Positions 18,823 to 27,432 of a stretch of 64,000 bases of DNA are shown here, piece after piece. Under the pieces are notes generated by a model that worked only from the letters and a program-made list of their open reading frames with translations, was not told where the DNA came from and searched no databases. The DNA is from Terracidiphilus sp. Its GTDB lineage: Bacteria; Acidobacteriota; Terriglobia; Terriglobales; Acidobacteriaceae. The translations under genes and the position numbers were made by a program. The stretch is from positions 73,521-137,520 of the forward strand of contig DASZRJ010000015.1 of assembly GCA_035550015.1 (NCBI GenBank), given 5' to 3'. The stretch's first letter is position 1. Every line of letters starts with the position of its first letter.

Positions 18823-20103
18823 TTAGCTCACTTCCGTTGCGCGCTCAAACATAGTAGGTGGCAGGAAGATGCCAGCCGTGCGCAATTGATCGAGGAAGCG
18901 GGGACGAATGTGGCTCGGCTGGAAAACACCCTGCACCTTGCCATTTGGTCCAATTCCCTTCTTCTGGAACGTGAAAATCTCCTGCATCGAAATCACATTC
19001 TCTTCCATGCCGGTGATTTCGTGGATGCTCACGCACTTGCGGCTGCCGTCGCTCAGACGCGTACACTGAATGACCACTGTCAATGCAGAAGCAATCTGCT
19101 GACGCAGTGTCTTTTCCGGCATATTCAGGTTGCTCATAGCAACCATTGATTCCAAACGGGTTAAAGCATCGCGGGCTGTGTTGGCGTGAATCGTGGTCAT
19201 CGATCCTTCGTGACCCGTGTTCATGGCCTGCAACATATCGAAAGCTTCCTCGCCGCGGCACTCACCGATGATGATGCGATCAGGACGCATACGAAGGCAG
19301 TTGATTAGCAGCTGGCGCTGACGAACCGCGCCCTGACCTTCCACGTTTGGCGGACGCGTTTCAAGCCGCACGATGTTTTCCTGTGCGAGCTGTAGTTCGG
19401 CGGCGTCCTCAATTGTAATGACGCGCTCGTTCTGCGGGATGTACTGCGAAAGAATGTTGAGGAAGGTGGTTTTTCCTGCGCCGGTACCACCGGAAATCAG
19501 AACGCTGAGTCGCGCGCGCACCGCAGCCGACAACAACTCCATCATTTCAGCCGAGATGCTCTTCAACTGCACAAGCTGATTCGCAGCCAGGGGACCGGTG
19601 CCGAATCGGCGAATGGAGAGCGATGGGCCGTCCAGAGCCAATGGTGGAATAATTGCGTTCACACGGGAGCCGTCAGGCAAGCGAGCGTCAACCATCGGCG
19701 ACGATTCATCCACGCGACGTCCGACGCGCGACACGATGCGATCGATAATCTGCAGCAGGTGCCTGTCATCGCGGAACGAAGCATCGGCCCGCGTTAACAT
19801 GCCGCCTTTTTCGATGAAGACGTGGTCTTTATCGTTGACGAGGATATCGGAGATCTTGGGATCCTTGAGCAGGGGCTCCAAGGGACCCAGTCCAAAGACC
19901 TCGTCGAGCAAATCGGTTTGAATCTTCTCCTGCTCATCAAAGCTGAGCGGCACACGCCGTTCGCTAATGATCTCGTTGATGATGCTCGAGACTGCCTGGC
20001 GTGCCTGGCTCGAATTGATGCGCGACAGCTTCTCCAAGTCGAGCTTGGAGAGGAGGGTTCTGTGCACTTCCGCTTTGAAATTCTCAAGATTCATAGTTGC
20101 CAC
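18823..20103 (-). CDS. tadA: Tad assembly ATPase TadA/CpaF
   Basis: Walker [10 protein letters not shown], Asp box [14 protein letters not shown], His box [11 protein letters not shown]. Confidence 0.97.
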   Translation of the reverse strand: MATMNLENFKAEVHRTLLSKLDLEKLSRINSSQARQAVSSIINEIISERRVPLSFDEQEKIQTDLLDEVFGLGPLEPLLKDPKISDILVNDKDHVFIEKGGMLTRADASFRDDRHLLQIIDRIVSRVGRRVDESSPMVDARLPDGSRVNAIIPPLALDGPSLSIRRFGTGPLAANQLVQLKSISAEMMELLSAAVRARLSVLISGGTGAGKTTFLNILSQYIPQNERVITIEDAAELQLAQENIVRLETRPPNVEGQGAVRQRQLLINCLRMRPDRIIIGECRGEEAFDMLQAMNTGHEGSMTTIHANTARDALTRLESMVAMSNLNMPEKTLRQQIASALTVVIQCTRLSDGSRKCVSIHEITGMEENVISMQEIFTFQKKGIGPNGKVQGVFQPSHIRPRFLDQLRTAGIFLPPTMFERATEVS

Positions 20104-20131
20104 TCACTTGCTGCTGCATTCCATCCTGTAC

Positions 20132-21328
20132 TTACTTGAAAAGGCTGAATCCCCTTCTCTTTTCCGACTTCGGCTCCATGCCGCAGGCGGCACGGGCCAT
20201 ATCTTGAATTGCTTTTGAAATCGCCGAGTCCTCCGACGCCAGTGGAATTGCTTCATTCTGCATGCGGCGCACCGTGTAATAGTCGCTCGGTATTCTCCAT
20301 TGAATCGGCCGTGTCAGCGCTTTTTCAATATGCTCTTCGTCCACTCCCATCGACCGGCTGACGTAGCGGTTCAACACGATCTCTAGCTTGGGAGTGCTGG
20401 ATTTGAAAAATTCTGAAATCAACCGGTGCGAGTTGCGAAGTTCCGGAATTCCAGCCTGCATCACCATATAGACCGTGTCTGCACGCTGGAACCATGTGGC
20501 GCCAGTCAGGTCGAATCGCGACCCTGCATCGACCACCACCCAGTCAAACTCCTGCCTTGCAACAGTGAGCAGCTTATCGATGGCGTCATTGCTTGCCTGC
20601 ACATGCGGAAAGCGTCCAGGCGCTCCAAGTACAGGCAAACCCGAGGCATGCTTCATCAGGAGCTTATTGAAAAAGTTGGAATCGAGCCGTTCCGCGTTCT
20701 GTAATGCATCTCCCGTGGAAAACTGCGGCGTCAGTCCAAGACTCAAGGCGGCATCGCCAAGGGGAAGATCCAGGTCGATCAACACCGCGCTTTGGCCGCA
20801 CTCCTGCACCAGGGAAACTGCAAAGTTGCATGCCACCGTGGTGACGCCAGAGCCGCCCTTGCCGCCCATGAAGACAAGTAGCTTACCGCCGGACTTCTGC
20901 TGCGATTTGGGCACAGCCTTCCGCGTGCTCGCGCGATTGAGAGCCTCAGACAGAGCGTTCTGATCGATGGGGTCGGACAGGTATTCGCGAGCACCTGCCC
21001 GCATGGCGCGCACAATCCAGTTTGGATCCACGCGCGACGCATACACAATCACTGTCGATTGTCCCTGCGTAACAATCTCTTCCACCAGAGAAAGAGCGTA
21101 TTCCGGATCGGCTTCAAGATCGATAATGACCGCGTCAAAGCCCTGCTCCAGCAGACGCGGAACATCCTTCAAGGTTGGAGGATAAGTTGAGTACTCACGC
21201 ACCATCGCCGCATGCGACGTGGCAAGAGCGCTTGCCACAGTCCTGCGCCGCTGTTCGTGCGGTCCAATTAGCGCCAATTTCAGTACATGGGCGTCAAGTG
21301 GATCGGGTTCTAAGTTTGTCGTATCCAT
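20132..21328 (-). CDS. cpaE: CpaE/TadZ pilus localisation protein (receiver-like + MinD/ParA-like ATPase)
   Basis: Receiver-like N-domain (AVIID, AMRAGAREYL), deviant Walker A KGGSGVTT, LIDLDL, VVVDAG. Confidence 0.9.
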   Translation of the reverse strand: MDTTNLEPDPLDAHVLKLALIGPHEQRRRTVASALATSHAAMVREYSTYPPTLKDVPRLLEQGFDAVIIDLEADPEYALSLVEEIVTQGQSTVIVYASRVDPNWIVRAMRAGAREYLSDPIDQNALSEALNRASTRKAVPKSQQKSGGKLLVFMGGKGGSGVTTVACNFAVSLVQECGQSAVLIDLDLPLGDAALSLGLTPQFSTGDALQNAERLDSNFFNKLLMKHASGLPVLGAPGRFPHVQASNDAIDKLLTVARQEFDWVVVDAGSRFDLTGATWFQRADTVYMVMQAGIPELRNSHRLISEFFKSSTPKLEIVLNRYVSRSMGVDEEHIEKALTRPIQWRIPSDYYTVRRMQNEAIPLASEDSAISKAIQDMARAACGMEPKSEKRRGFSLFK

Positions 21329-21430
21329 CTTCTTAGTTCAAAGCTCCAGAGTGCATGCTGCTGAGCTCATGGTAATTGCTGATTTTCGGGTGCGTCGTCA
21401 GCCTACTGTACATGGCGTACTGTTCTAATC

Positions 21431-21946
21431 TCAATGAGAAAAGAAAGAGAACAGGGTACCAATGGCAATTGCCGGCGCATACGGCATCTTTCTCGCTTTG
21501 GGATTGGAAAGCACCAAATTTTCTGATGGCTTCGATCCGTGTCCCTTCCAGCCAAAAAGCAAGTCGCCCGCGCCGGTAAGCATCTCTCCCAGAAAACCTC
21601 CCCAGACCGCCATACCCAGTGCAATCAAGCCTCCAGCCATCGCGGTTACCACGATCGCAATCAGCATCTGTCCCGGGCCTATCCAGGCTCCAATGGCGGC
21701 ACATAACTTCACGTCGCCCATTCCCATGCCGCCCATGAATGCCAAAATGCCAAATACCAGCAGCCCTAGCCCCAGCCCGGCAAGACTATCTTTTAGGCCG
21801 TGCCATCCTCCCGCCCAGGTTGAGAGTGTGATCCCGGCAAGCAGGAATGAGAAATTCAGCCAATTTGGGATACGGCGGGTCCGCATATCGGTGTAGGTGG
21901 CCACGGTAATGAGCACCAGCACGGGCCACCAGGCATACGAATGCAA
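21431..21946 (-). CDS. cpaA: Prepilin peptidase CpaA/TadV (A24); start re-called to TTG 21946
   Basis: Catalytic YTD...RRIPN and GMGDVKL, MPYAPAIA. SD GGAGG precedes TTG-CAT-TCG. The longer track start overlaps a sigma54 box. Confidence 0.88.
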   Translation of the reverse strand: MHSYAWWPVLVLITVATYTDMRTRRIPNWLNFSFLLAGITLSTWAGGWHGLKDSLAGLGLGLLVFGILAFMGGMGMGDVKLCAAIGAWIGPGQMLIAIVVTAMAGGLIALGMAVWGGFLGEMLTGAGDLLFGWKGHGSKPSENLVLSNPKARKMPYAPAIAIGTLFSFFSH

Positions 21947-21990
21947 AAGGAGCCTCCTCCCCTTCTTCTTCTGGCAAACACAGGCTTTCA

Positions 21991-22006
21991 AGCAATTGTC
22001 GCTCCA
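21991..22006 (-). promoter_or_regulatory. Sigma54 (-24/-12) promoter of cpaA-cpaE-tadABC
   Basis: Minus strand TGGAGCGACAATTGCT: GG-N10-GC with TTGCT, 45 nt upstream of the re-called start. Confidence 0.55.
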
Positions 22007-22064
22007 ATTCGCCTGATGTCAAGTGCGCCTGAATTCAATGTGTTACGTGTGTGCTTGCTTTGAC

Positions 22065-22086
22065 AAGGGCCTCGGGCCCTTTCTTT
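22065..22086 (+). terminator. Terminator-like hairpin with plus-strand U-tract in a divergent intergenic region
   Basis: AAGGGCC-TCG-GGCCCTT followed by TCTTT; no plus-strand gene ends nearby. Confidence 0.4.
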
Positions 22087-22484
22087 GCAAAGAGGTAATG
22101 TGACGCTCGATTGAGCTCACGCCGTATAACGCTGCAGCGCCCATATCAGGTACCTAAAGTTGCAACTGGATGCTAAATCCCGTAACGGTGCGCATACTAC
22201 CCGGGCTCGTTACTATGGAGCAATAGGCGATTGGTATTCCCGTTGAATTACGGCTTTAGAACACCGATTATAATGGCAACCAATCACAGGGAAGGTTGTT
22301 TATGAGAATGCGTTTTTTCCTCCTGAAGAGTTCCAGAACGCATTGACATAGTAGACTTTCCACACAGAGTAGATAGTAGAGTTTGTGTCCTGGTTCTCCT
22401 GCAGGGTATGGTTTTTTGTTTTCTATTGCCGCAACCGACACAAGAATTGCATTGGCACTTCCAAGGAAGACGGAAGACAAACGG

Positions 22485-23879
22485 ATGATACGAATTGGAC
22501 TTATTTCCGAAGATCCGCAAATGCACATGCTTCTGTCCTCAGGCATGGGCAGAGAATTCCGCGTCTTCCGAGAATCCAATATTAATGGCATTGAAAAGAA
22601 ACTGGCTTCTTCCGGCTATGAAGTGCTCATCCTCGACTTCGCCACAATGGCCGATGTGACAGCCAATCATCTTGAACGAATTGAAACGATTCTGGCCTTC
22701 CGCGTCCCCATGATTGTTATGGCCGAAGAGGAACTGCAGACGAAAGCCGATGAAGTCATTGAAATGGGCGCCCTTCGCAGTTGCCGTCGTCCACCTTCAA
22801 TTCGCGACCTGAAAGAAATGGTACTTCGCGCCAAGGAATCCTGTGATGGCGAATCACCCGCGCAGAATTCTTCAGCGATCATCGACTCCGATTCCAGCTG
22901 CGACCGTATGTTGGGCAGCAGCACCCGCATGCGTGCCGTTTACCGACAGGTACGGCAGGTAGCCAATATCAACGCCGCCGTACTCGTACAGGGAGAAAGC
23001 GGCTCGGGCAAGGAGCTTATCGCGCGCGCGATTCACAATCTTGGCTCCCGCGCCGGCAAACCCTTCATTGCTGTCTCTTGCAGCGCAATTCCGGAAACGC
23101 TCATTGAGTCTGAGCTTTTTGGCCACGAAAAGGGCGCTTTCACCGGCACTGTTGGCTCACGTGAGGGCTTTTTTGAACAGGCGCAGGATGGAACACTTTT
23201 CCTTGATGAAATCGGCGATCTGAGCCCATTCACTCAGGTAAAGCTACTGCGCGTCCTTCAGGAAATGGAGTTCAATCGACTCGGCAGCACTCGTATCATT
23301 CCGCTGCGGGCTCGCCTCATCTTTGCCACGCACCAGAATCTTCCCAAACTCATCGCCGAGGGTAAATTCCGCCAGGACCTCTATTACCGCATCAACGTGA
23401 TTCGCATCGAAGCTCCTCCGCTGGCTGAGCACCCTGAAGATATTCCGCAGATTGTCTCGCATTTCCTGCGCCAGTACTCCACGCTCTTTGACAAGCCAAT
23501 GGATTCGATCGAACCTGAAGCCTTGGCCGTTCTGCAGAGCTACTCGTGGCCCGGAAATGTGCGCGAGCTGGAAAATCTCGTCCAGCGCGCAATTGCCATG
23601 GCGCCCGGACGTGTTTTACGCGCTGAAGACCTGCCCATCACCCTGCCCTCCGACAAGGTGATAGAGTTCAACGAAATCAATCCCGAAGGCTCGTTTGAAG
23701 AACAGTTGCGTGAATACAAAATCAAGATTGCAACGGATGCTGTTCGCCAGCACAACGGCAACAAGACCCTTGCCGCCCGCAGTCTCGGCATCTCGCGCGC
23801 CTACCTGCACCGGCTCATCCGGCCTACGGATTCGGAAACCCCCTTCGATCAGGATGACGTGGGCTCGGCATCGATGTAG
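22485..23879 (+). CDS. Sigma54-dependent enhancer-binding protein (NtrC/Fis family) with atypical receiver domain
   Basis: GESGSGKE, ESELFGHEKGAFTGT, LFLDEI, FRQDLYYRIN, WPGNVRELEN, Fis-type HTH (GNKTLAARSLGISR). Start re-called to ATG 22485. Confidence 0.92.
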   Translation: MIRIGLISEDPQMHMLLSSGMGREFRVFRESNINGIEKKLASSGYEVLILDFATMADVTANHLERIETILAFRVPMIVMAEEELQTKADEVIEMGALRSCRRPPSIRDLKEMVLRAKESCDGESPAQNSSAIIDSDSSCDRMLGSSTRMRAVYRQVRQVANINAAVLVQGESGSGKELIARAIHNLGSRAGKPFIAVSCSAIPETLIESELFGHEKGAFTGTVGSREGFFEQAQDGTLFLDEIGDLSPFTQVKLLRVLQEMEFNRLGSTRIIPLRARLIFATHQNLPKLIAEGKFRQDLYYRINVIRIEAPPLAEHPEDIPQIVSHFLRQYSTLFDKPMDSIEPEALAVLQSYSWPGNVRELENLVQRAIAMAPGRVLRAEDLPITLPSDKVIEFNEINPEGSFEEQLREYKIKIATDAVRQHNGNKTLAARSLGISRAYLHRLIRPTDSETPFDQDDVGSASM

Positions 23880-23995
23880 TTAACAGACCGCAGATCGCAG
23901 CGCCTCAAATTCCTTAAATCCGAACCCCATCGGTACTACCTTCGTGACCTTGGGAATGACTCGTTCCCTGTCGTGTCTGTTGTATCCTTCAAACC

Positions 23996-25000
23996 ATGCT
24001 GAGACAAAGAGCCGTTCTGCTCGCGTGGTTTGCGGTGTCTGTTCTGCCCGCCGGTCTCATCGCGCAGAATCCCGCCACACAGCTTCCAGCTCCGTCCAGC
24101 TCAGGCCAGCCGCGCCAACAACAGACTCAGGCACGTCCGGCTACCCAAGCCCCTCCACCTGTCACCACGAAGACATCGCCGCTCTCAGCCACGCAACCAA
24201 ATACAACTCCTTCAACTGCTCCGCAAAATCCAAATTCTGCGCCTGCTTCCGATGACACCGCTGCCGGTTTTGGCGAACCCGACAACGGTAATCCCCACCA
24301 GCCGCAGATCATTGTCTCCAGCCCGCCTCCTACGCCCTCTGAGTGGACCTGGCATGACCGCGTTCTGTGGGGTGCCTATGTCATTCTTGCTTTCCTCGGC
24401 TATGTGGCCATCATGGTCGCGCTGCGGACCTTGAAGAGCATCGAGCGCCACACCGAATCTTCTCTGGCAACTTCCAAGGCCGCACTGGGCAGCGCCGCGG
24501 CGGCACTGCTGCGCACCCAGGCTGTTGTCGAAGCCGAACGCCCTTGGATCGTTGTCACCGTTGAGCCCTTCCTGACCGTGGAAAACAGCTTTAAGGTTGT
24601 CGCGCAAAACCGCGGCCGTACGCCGGCGCAGCTTATCTCCACGGTTGACCAGATCAGGGTTGCGGTCGACGAATCGAATCTTCCCGATCAACCTGAGTTC
24701 AGCGAAGAAGAATTGAATAATCTGGAATCTCCTATGATTCTTCTCCCTGGTGAATCGGTAGGTATCCGTCCCTTTAGCCGCGACGAAGTCAACACCATCT
24801 GCAAAACGCGCGAAGAGTTTGAACGTATCGAGCTGTGGGAGGAGAAGATCTTCCTGTATGGCAAGGTCACTTACCGCGAACTGATCAATTCCCCCAACAG
24901 CGTCGATCACGAGACCATCTGGTGCTGCCGCTACATTCACGGCGAATCGAAGAGCGCGCTCGTTATTACTGGTCCTCCAGCCTACAATCACCACACCTAA
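23996..25000 (+). CDS. Hypothetical exported/membrane protein (signal peptide, P/Q/T-rich linker, TM, beta-rich C-domain)
   Basis: Signal-like N-terminus, low-complexity linker, TM VLWGAYVILAFLGYVAIMVAL, ERPWIVV, terminal globular domain. Confidence 0.7.
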   Translation: MLRQRAVLLAWFAVSVLPAGLIAQNPATQLPAPSSSGQPRQQQTQARPATQAPPPVTTKTSPLSATQPNTTPSTAPQNPNSAPASDDTAAGFGEPDNGNPHQPQIIVSSPPPTPSEWTWHDRVLWGAYVILAFLGYVAIMVALRTLKSIERHTESSLATSKAALGSAAAALLRTQAVVEAERPWIVVTVEPFLTVENSFKVVAQNRGRTPAQLISTVDQIRVAVDESNLPDQPEFSEEELNNLESPMILLPGESVGIRPFSRDEVNTICKTREEFERIELWEEKIFLYGKVTYRELINSPNSVDHETIWCCRYIHGESKSALVITGPPAYNHHT

Positions 25001-25160
25001 TAGATGATTCCCCTCCGCTACAGATTTGCGCCTCGACGTATTCATAGAGCACGCATACTTCGTCTGCGCATTCGCCTCATGCCGCTTTGATACACTCAAG
25101 CCTGTTTGCCGCTTCGCGCAGCATCGTTCGCTCCATTTGCCACCCCCTCCAGGAGAAACA

Positions 25161-26063
25161 ATGGCGATCGTCGAACTCGACCGCATCACCAAAGCCTACG
25201 AAAACAAAGTCGCCGTCAAAGAGCTCAGCCTGCGCATTGAGCCTGGGCAGATGTTCGGCCTTCTTGGCCCTAATGGCGCAGGAAAAACCAGTTCCATCCG
25301 CATGATGATCGGCATCACTATGCCCGATTCGGGGACAGTAAAGCTCTTTAACAGGAACTTCGATCGCACCAGCCTTGAGCACGTTGGCTACCTTCCCGAG
25401 GAGCGCGGCCTTTATAAGAAGATGAAAGTCATTGAGCAGCTCGCCTTCTTTGGCCAGTTGCATGGGCTCACTGCCCATGATGCACACGCCCGCGCCGTCA
25501 GCTGGGCGAAGCGGCTCGAGATCGATTCTGCACTCGAAAAAAGAACTGAAGAACTCTCCAAGGGCATGCAACAAAAGATTCAGTTCATCGGATCACTCTT
25601 GCACAACCCCGGTCTCATCATCATGGACGAGCCCTTCAGCGGCCTCGATCCAGTCAACGCCAAGCTGCTTGAGCAAACCCTGCTCGAACTGAAAGACGAA
25701 GGCAAGGCGATCATTTTCTCTACGCACCGAATGGACCAGGTAGAGAAGCTCTGCGACTCTATCTGCCTCATTAATCATGGTGAGGCTGTTGTCTCAGGCA
25801 AAGTGCGCGACATCAAATCCCGCTACGAGCGCGACCATGTCATCGTTGAATTCGATGGAAGCGCCGAATTCCTTAAGAGCAGCGAAATTGCCGAAGCCAG
25901 CAACTTCTCAGGCCACGCGGAAATTCGTCTCAAACCGCATGGCGACGCGCAAAAACTCTTGAAAGAAGCTTCTGCGGTAGCCACCATCTACCGTTTTGAG
26001 CTCGTCGAGCCGTCGCTTGAAGAAATCTTTATCCGCGCTGTGGGAGGTAAGGCCGATGCGTAA
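25161..26063 (+). CDS. ABC transporter ATP-binding protein (NatA-like, DUF4162 tail)
   Basis: GPNGAGKT, LSKGMQQK, MDEPFSGLD, STH; RBS AGGAG before ATG 25161. Confidence 0.92.
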   Translation: MAIVELDRITKAYENKVAVKELSLRIEPGQMFGLLGPNGAGKTSSIRMMIGITMPDSGTVKLFNRNFDRTSLEHVGYLPEERGLYKKMKVIEQLAFFGQLHGLTAHDAHARAVSWAKRLEIDSALEKRTEELSKGMQQKIQFIGSLLHNPGLIIMDEPFSGLDPVNAKLLEQTLLELKDEGKAIIFSTHRMDQVEKLCDSICLINHGEAVVSGKVRDIKSRYERDHVIVEFDGSAEFLKSSEIAEASNFSGHAEIRLKPHGDAQKLLKEASAVATIYRFELVEPSLEEIFIRAVGGKADA

Positions 26064-27303
26064 TATGCTGCTCGTCGCAAAACGCGAGTACCTGGAACAG
26101 GTACGCGGCCGCGCCTTCAAAATGACCACTTTCGGTCTGCCGGCCATCTTTGCCGCCATTCTTGCCGTCGGCTATTTTTCCAGCCTCGGCATCGGCAGCA
26201 ACCGCCATTTGGCCATTGCCGCCGACGATCCGACCCTCGCGCAGCTTCTCCGCAGCCGCATCCTCGGCAATAAGGACTCAAAGGCCACTGTCGACGTCAT
26301 AGCTCCAGCCTCACCCGCTGACAAACAGCAACTCGTTGACGAACTACGTACTAAATCGCTCGACGGCGTGCTCTGGGTGGAGGACTCTGCGAGCCCGCAA
26401 CCCAAAGCAACCTATATGGCGCCCTCTGCCGGAGATTTCATTACCGATGCCCGCCTGGAATCCGCGCTCAACAAAGCACTCGTCGATGAGCACCTCATCA
26501 AGGGCGGCATGGAGAAGCAGCAGGCCGAACAGATTTCCAAAGGCGTGGACCTTGCGACTTACCAGGTCAAATCCGATGGAAGCGTCATCAAGAGCAATGC
26601 CGAAGCTTCCTTTTGGAAGGGCTATGTCATGGCCATCCTTCTCTCCATGACCACCATGATCTACGGCATGAATGTGGCTCGCTCCATCATTCAGGAGAAG
26701 ACCTCGCGTATCTTTGAAGTGATGCTGGCTATCGCCAAGCCCAGTGACCTGCTCGCAGGAAAACTTGTCGGCGTCTGCGCTGTGGGACTTACGCAAATTG
26801 CTATCTGGCTCATCGCCGCAGCCGTCCTTCTTGCCACGCCGCTGGCCGCAACAATCATGACTGGTAACCTCGCGATTCACATCTCCGCGACGGAAGCCAT
26901 CCTCTTCCCCGTCTACTTCGTACTCGGCTATTTGCTCTTTAGCTCGCTCTTCGCTGGTCTCGCCGCCACCTGTGAAACCGAGCAGGAACTGCAGATGTAT
27001 ATGCCATTGGCCGCTGCGCCCACCTGGCTCAGCTTCGCGCTCATTGTCCTCATCATGAATGACTCCAACTCCGTCTGGTCGGTTGCCGCATCGCTCTTTC
27101 CACCCACCGCGCCGGTCATCATGTTTCTGCGCATGGCTTCGGAAATGCCGCCCGTGTGGCAGTTTGTCGTCTCCATCGGACTGCTTGCGCTCAGCATCGT
27201 GGCGGTGCTCTGGTTCTCCACCAAGCTCTATCGCATTGGCATTCTCATGTATGGCAAGCGCGCCACGCTGCCGGAAATCTTCCGCTGGATTCGCTATTCG
27301 TGA
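26056..27303 (+). CDS. ABC-2 type permease (NatB/YhaP-like)
   Basis: AKREY, EKTSRIFEVML, LAGKLVG, 6 TM; start overlaps the ATPase stop, RBS GGAGG. Confidence 0.88.
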   Translation: MRNMLLVAKREYLEQVRGRAFKMTTFGLPAIFAAILAVGYFSSLGIGSNRHLAIAADDPTLAQLLRSRILGNKDSKATVDVIAPASPADKQQLVDELRTKSLDGVLWVEDSASPQPKATYMAPSAGDFITDARLESALNKALVDEHLIKGGMEKQQAEQISKGVDLATYQVKSDGSVIKSNAEASFWKGYVMAILLSMTTMIYGMNVARSIIQEKTSRIFEVMLAIAKPSDLLAGKLVGVCAVGLTQIAIWLIAAAVLLATPLAATIMTGNLAIHISATEAILFPVYFVLGYLLFSSLFAGLAATCETEQELQMYMPLAAAPTWLSFALIVLIMNDSNSVWSVAASLFPPTAPVIMFLRMASEMPPVWQFVVSIGLLALSIVAVLWFSTKLYRIGILMYGKRATLPEIFRWIRYS

Positions 27304-27432
27304 TCGCCTGTAGCCTGGCATGTTCATTGCCTGAGCCACAGCAACTTCACCGCAGAAACCTGGTTCACCAGCCCGGGCCTCTCGCATATAGTGGATGCAT
27401 TCTGTTTCCCCACTCCTGAGAGGCCATTCGAC

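Noticed and set aside
5851-22381. GAGTAG hexamer in several intergenic regions (5864, 9486, 9851, 22367)
   Set aside because: Too short, no consistent spacing to starts; chance is plausible.
24212-25192. 326-aa minus-strand ORF
   Set aside because: Shadow of the 23996 gene, which has a coherent signal/TM architecture.
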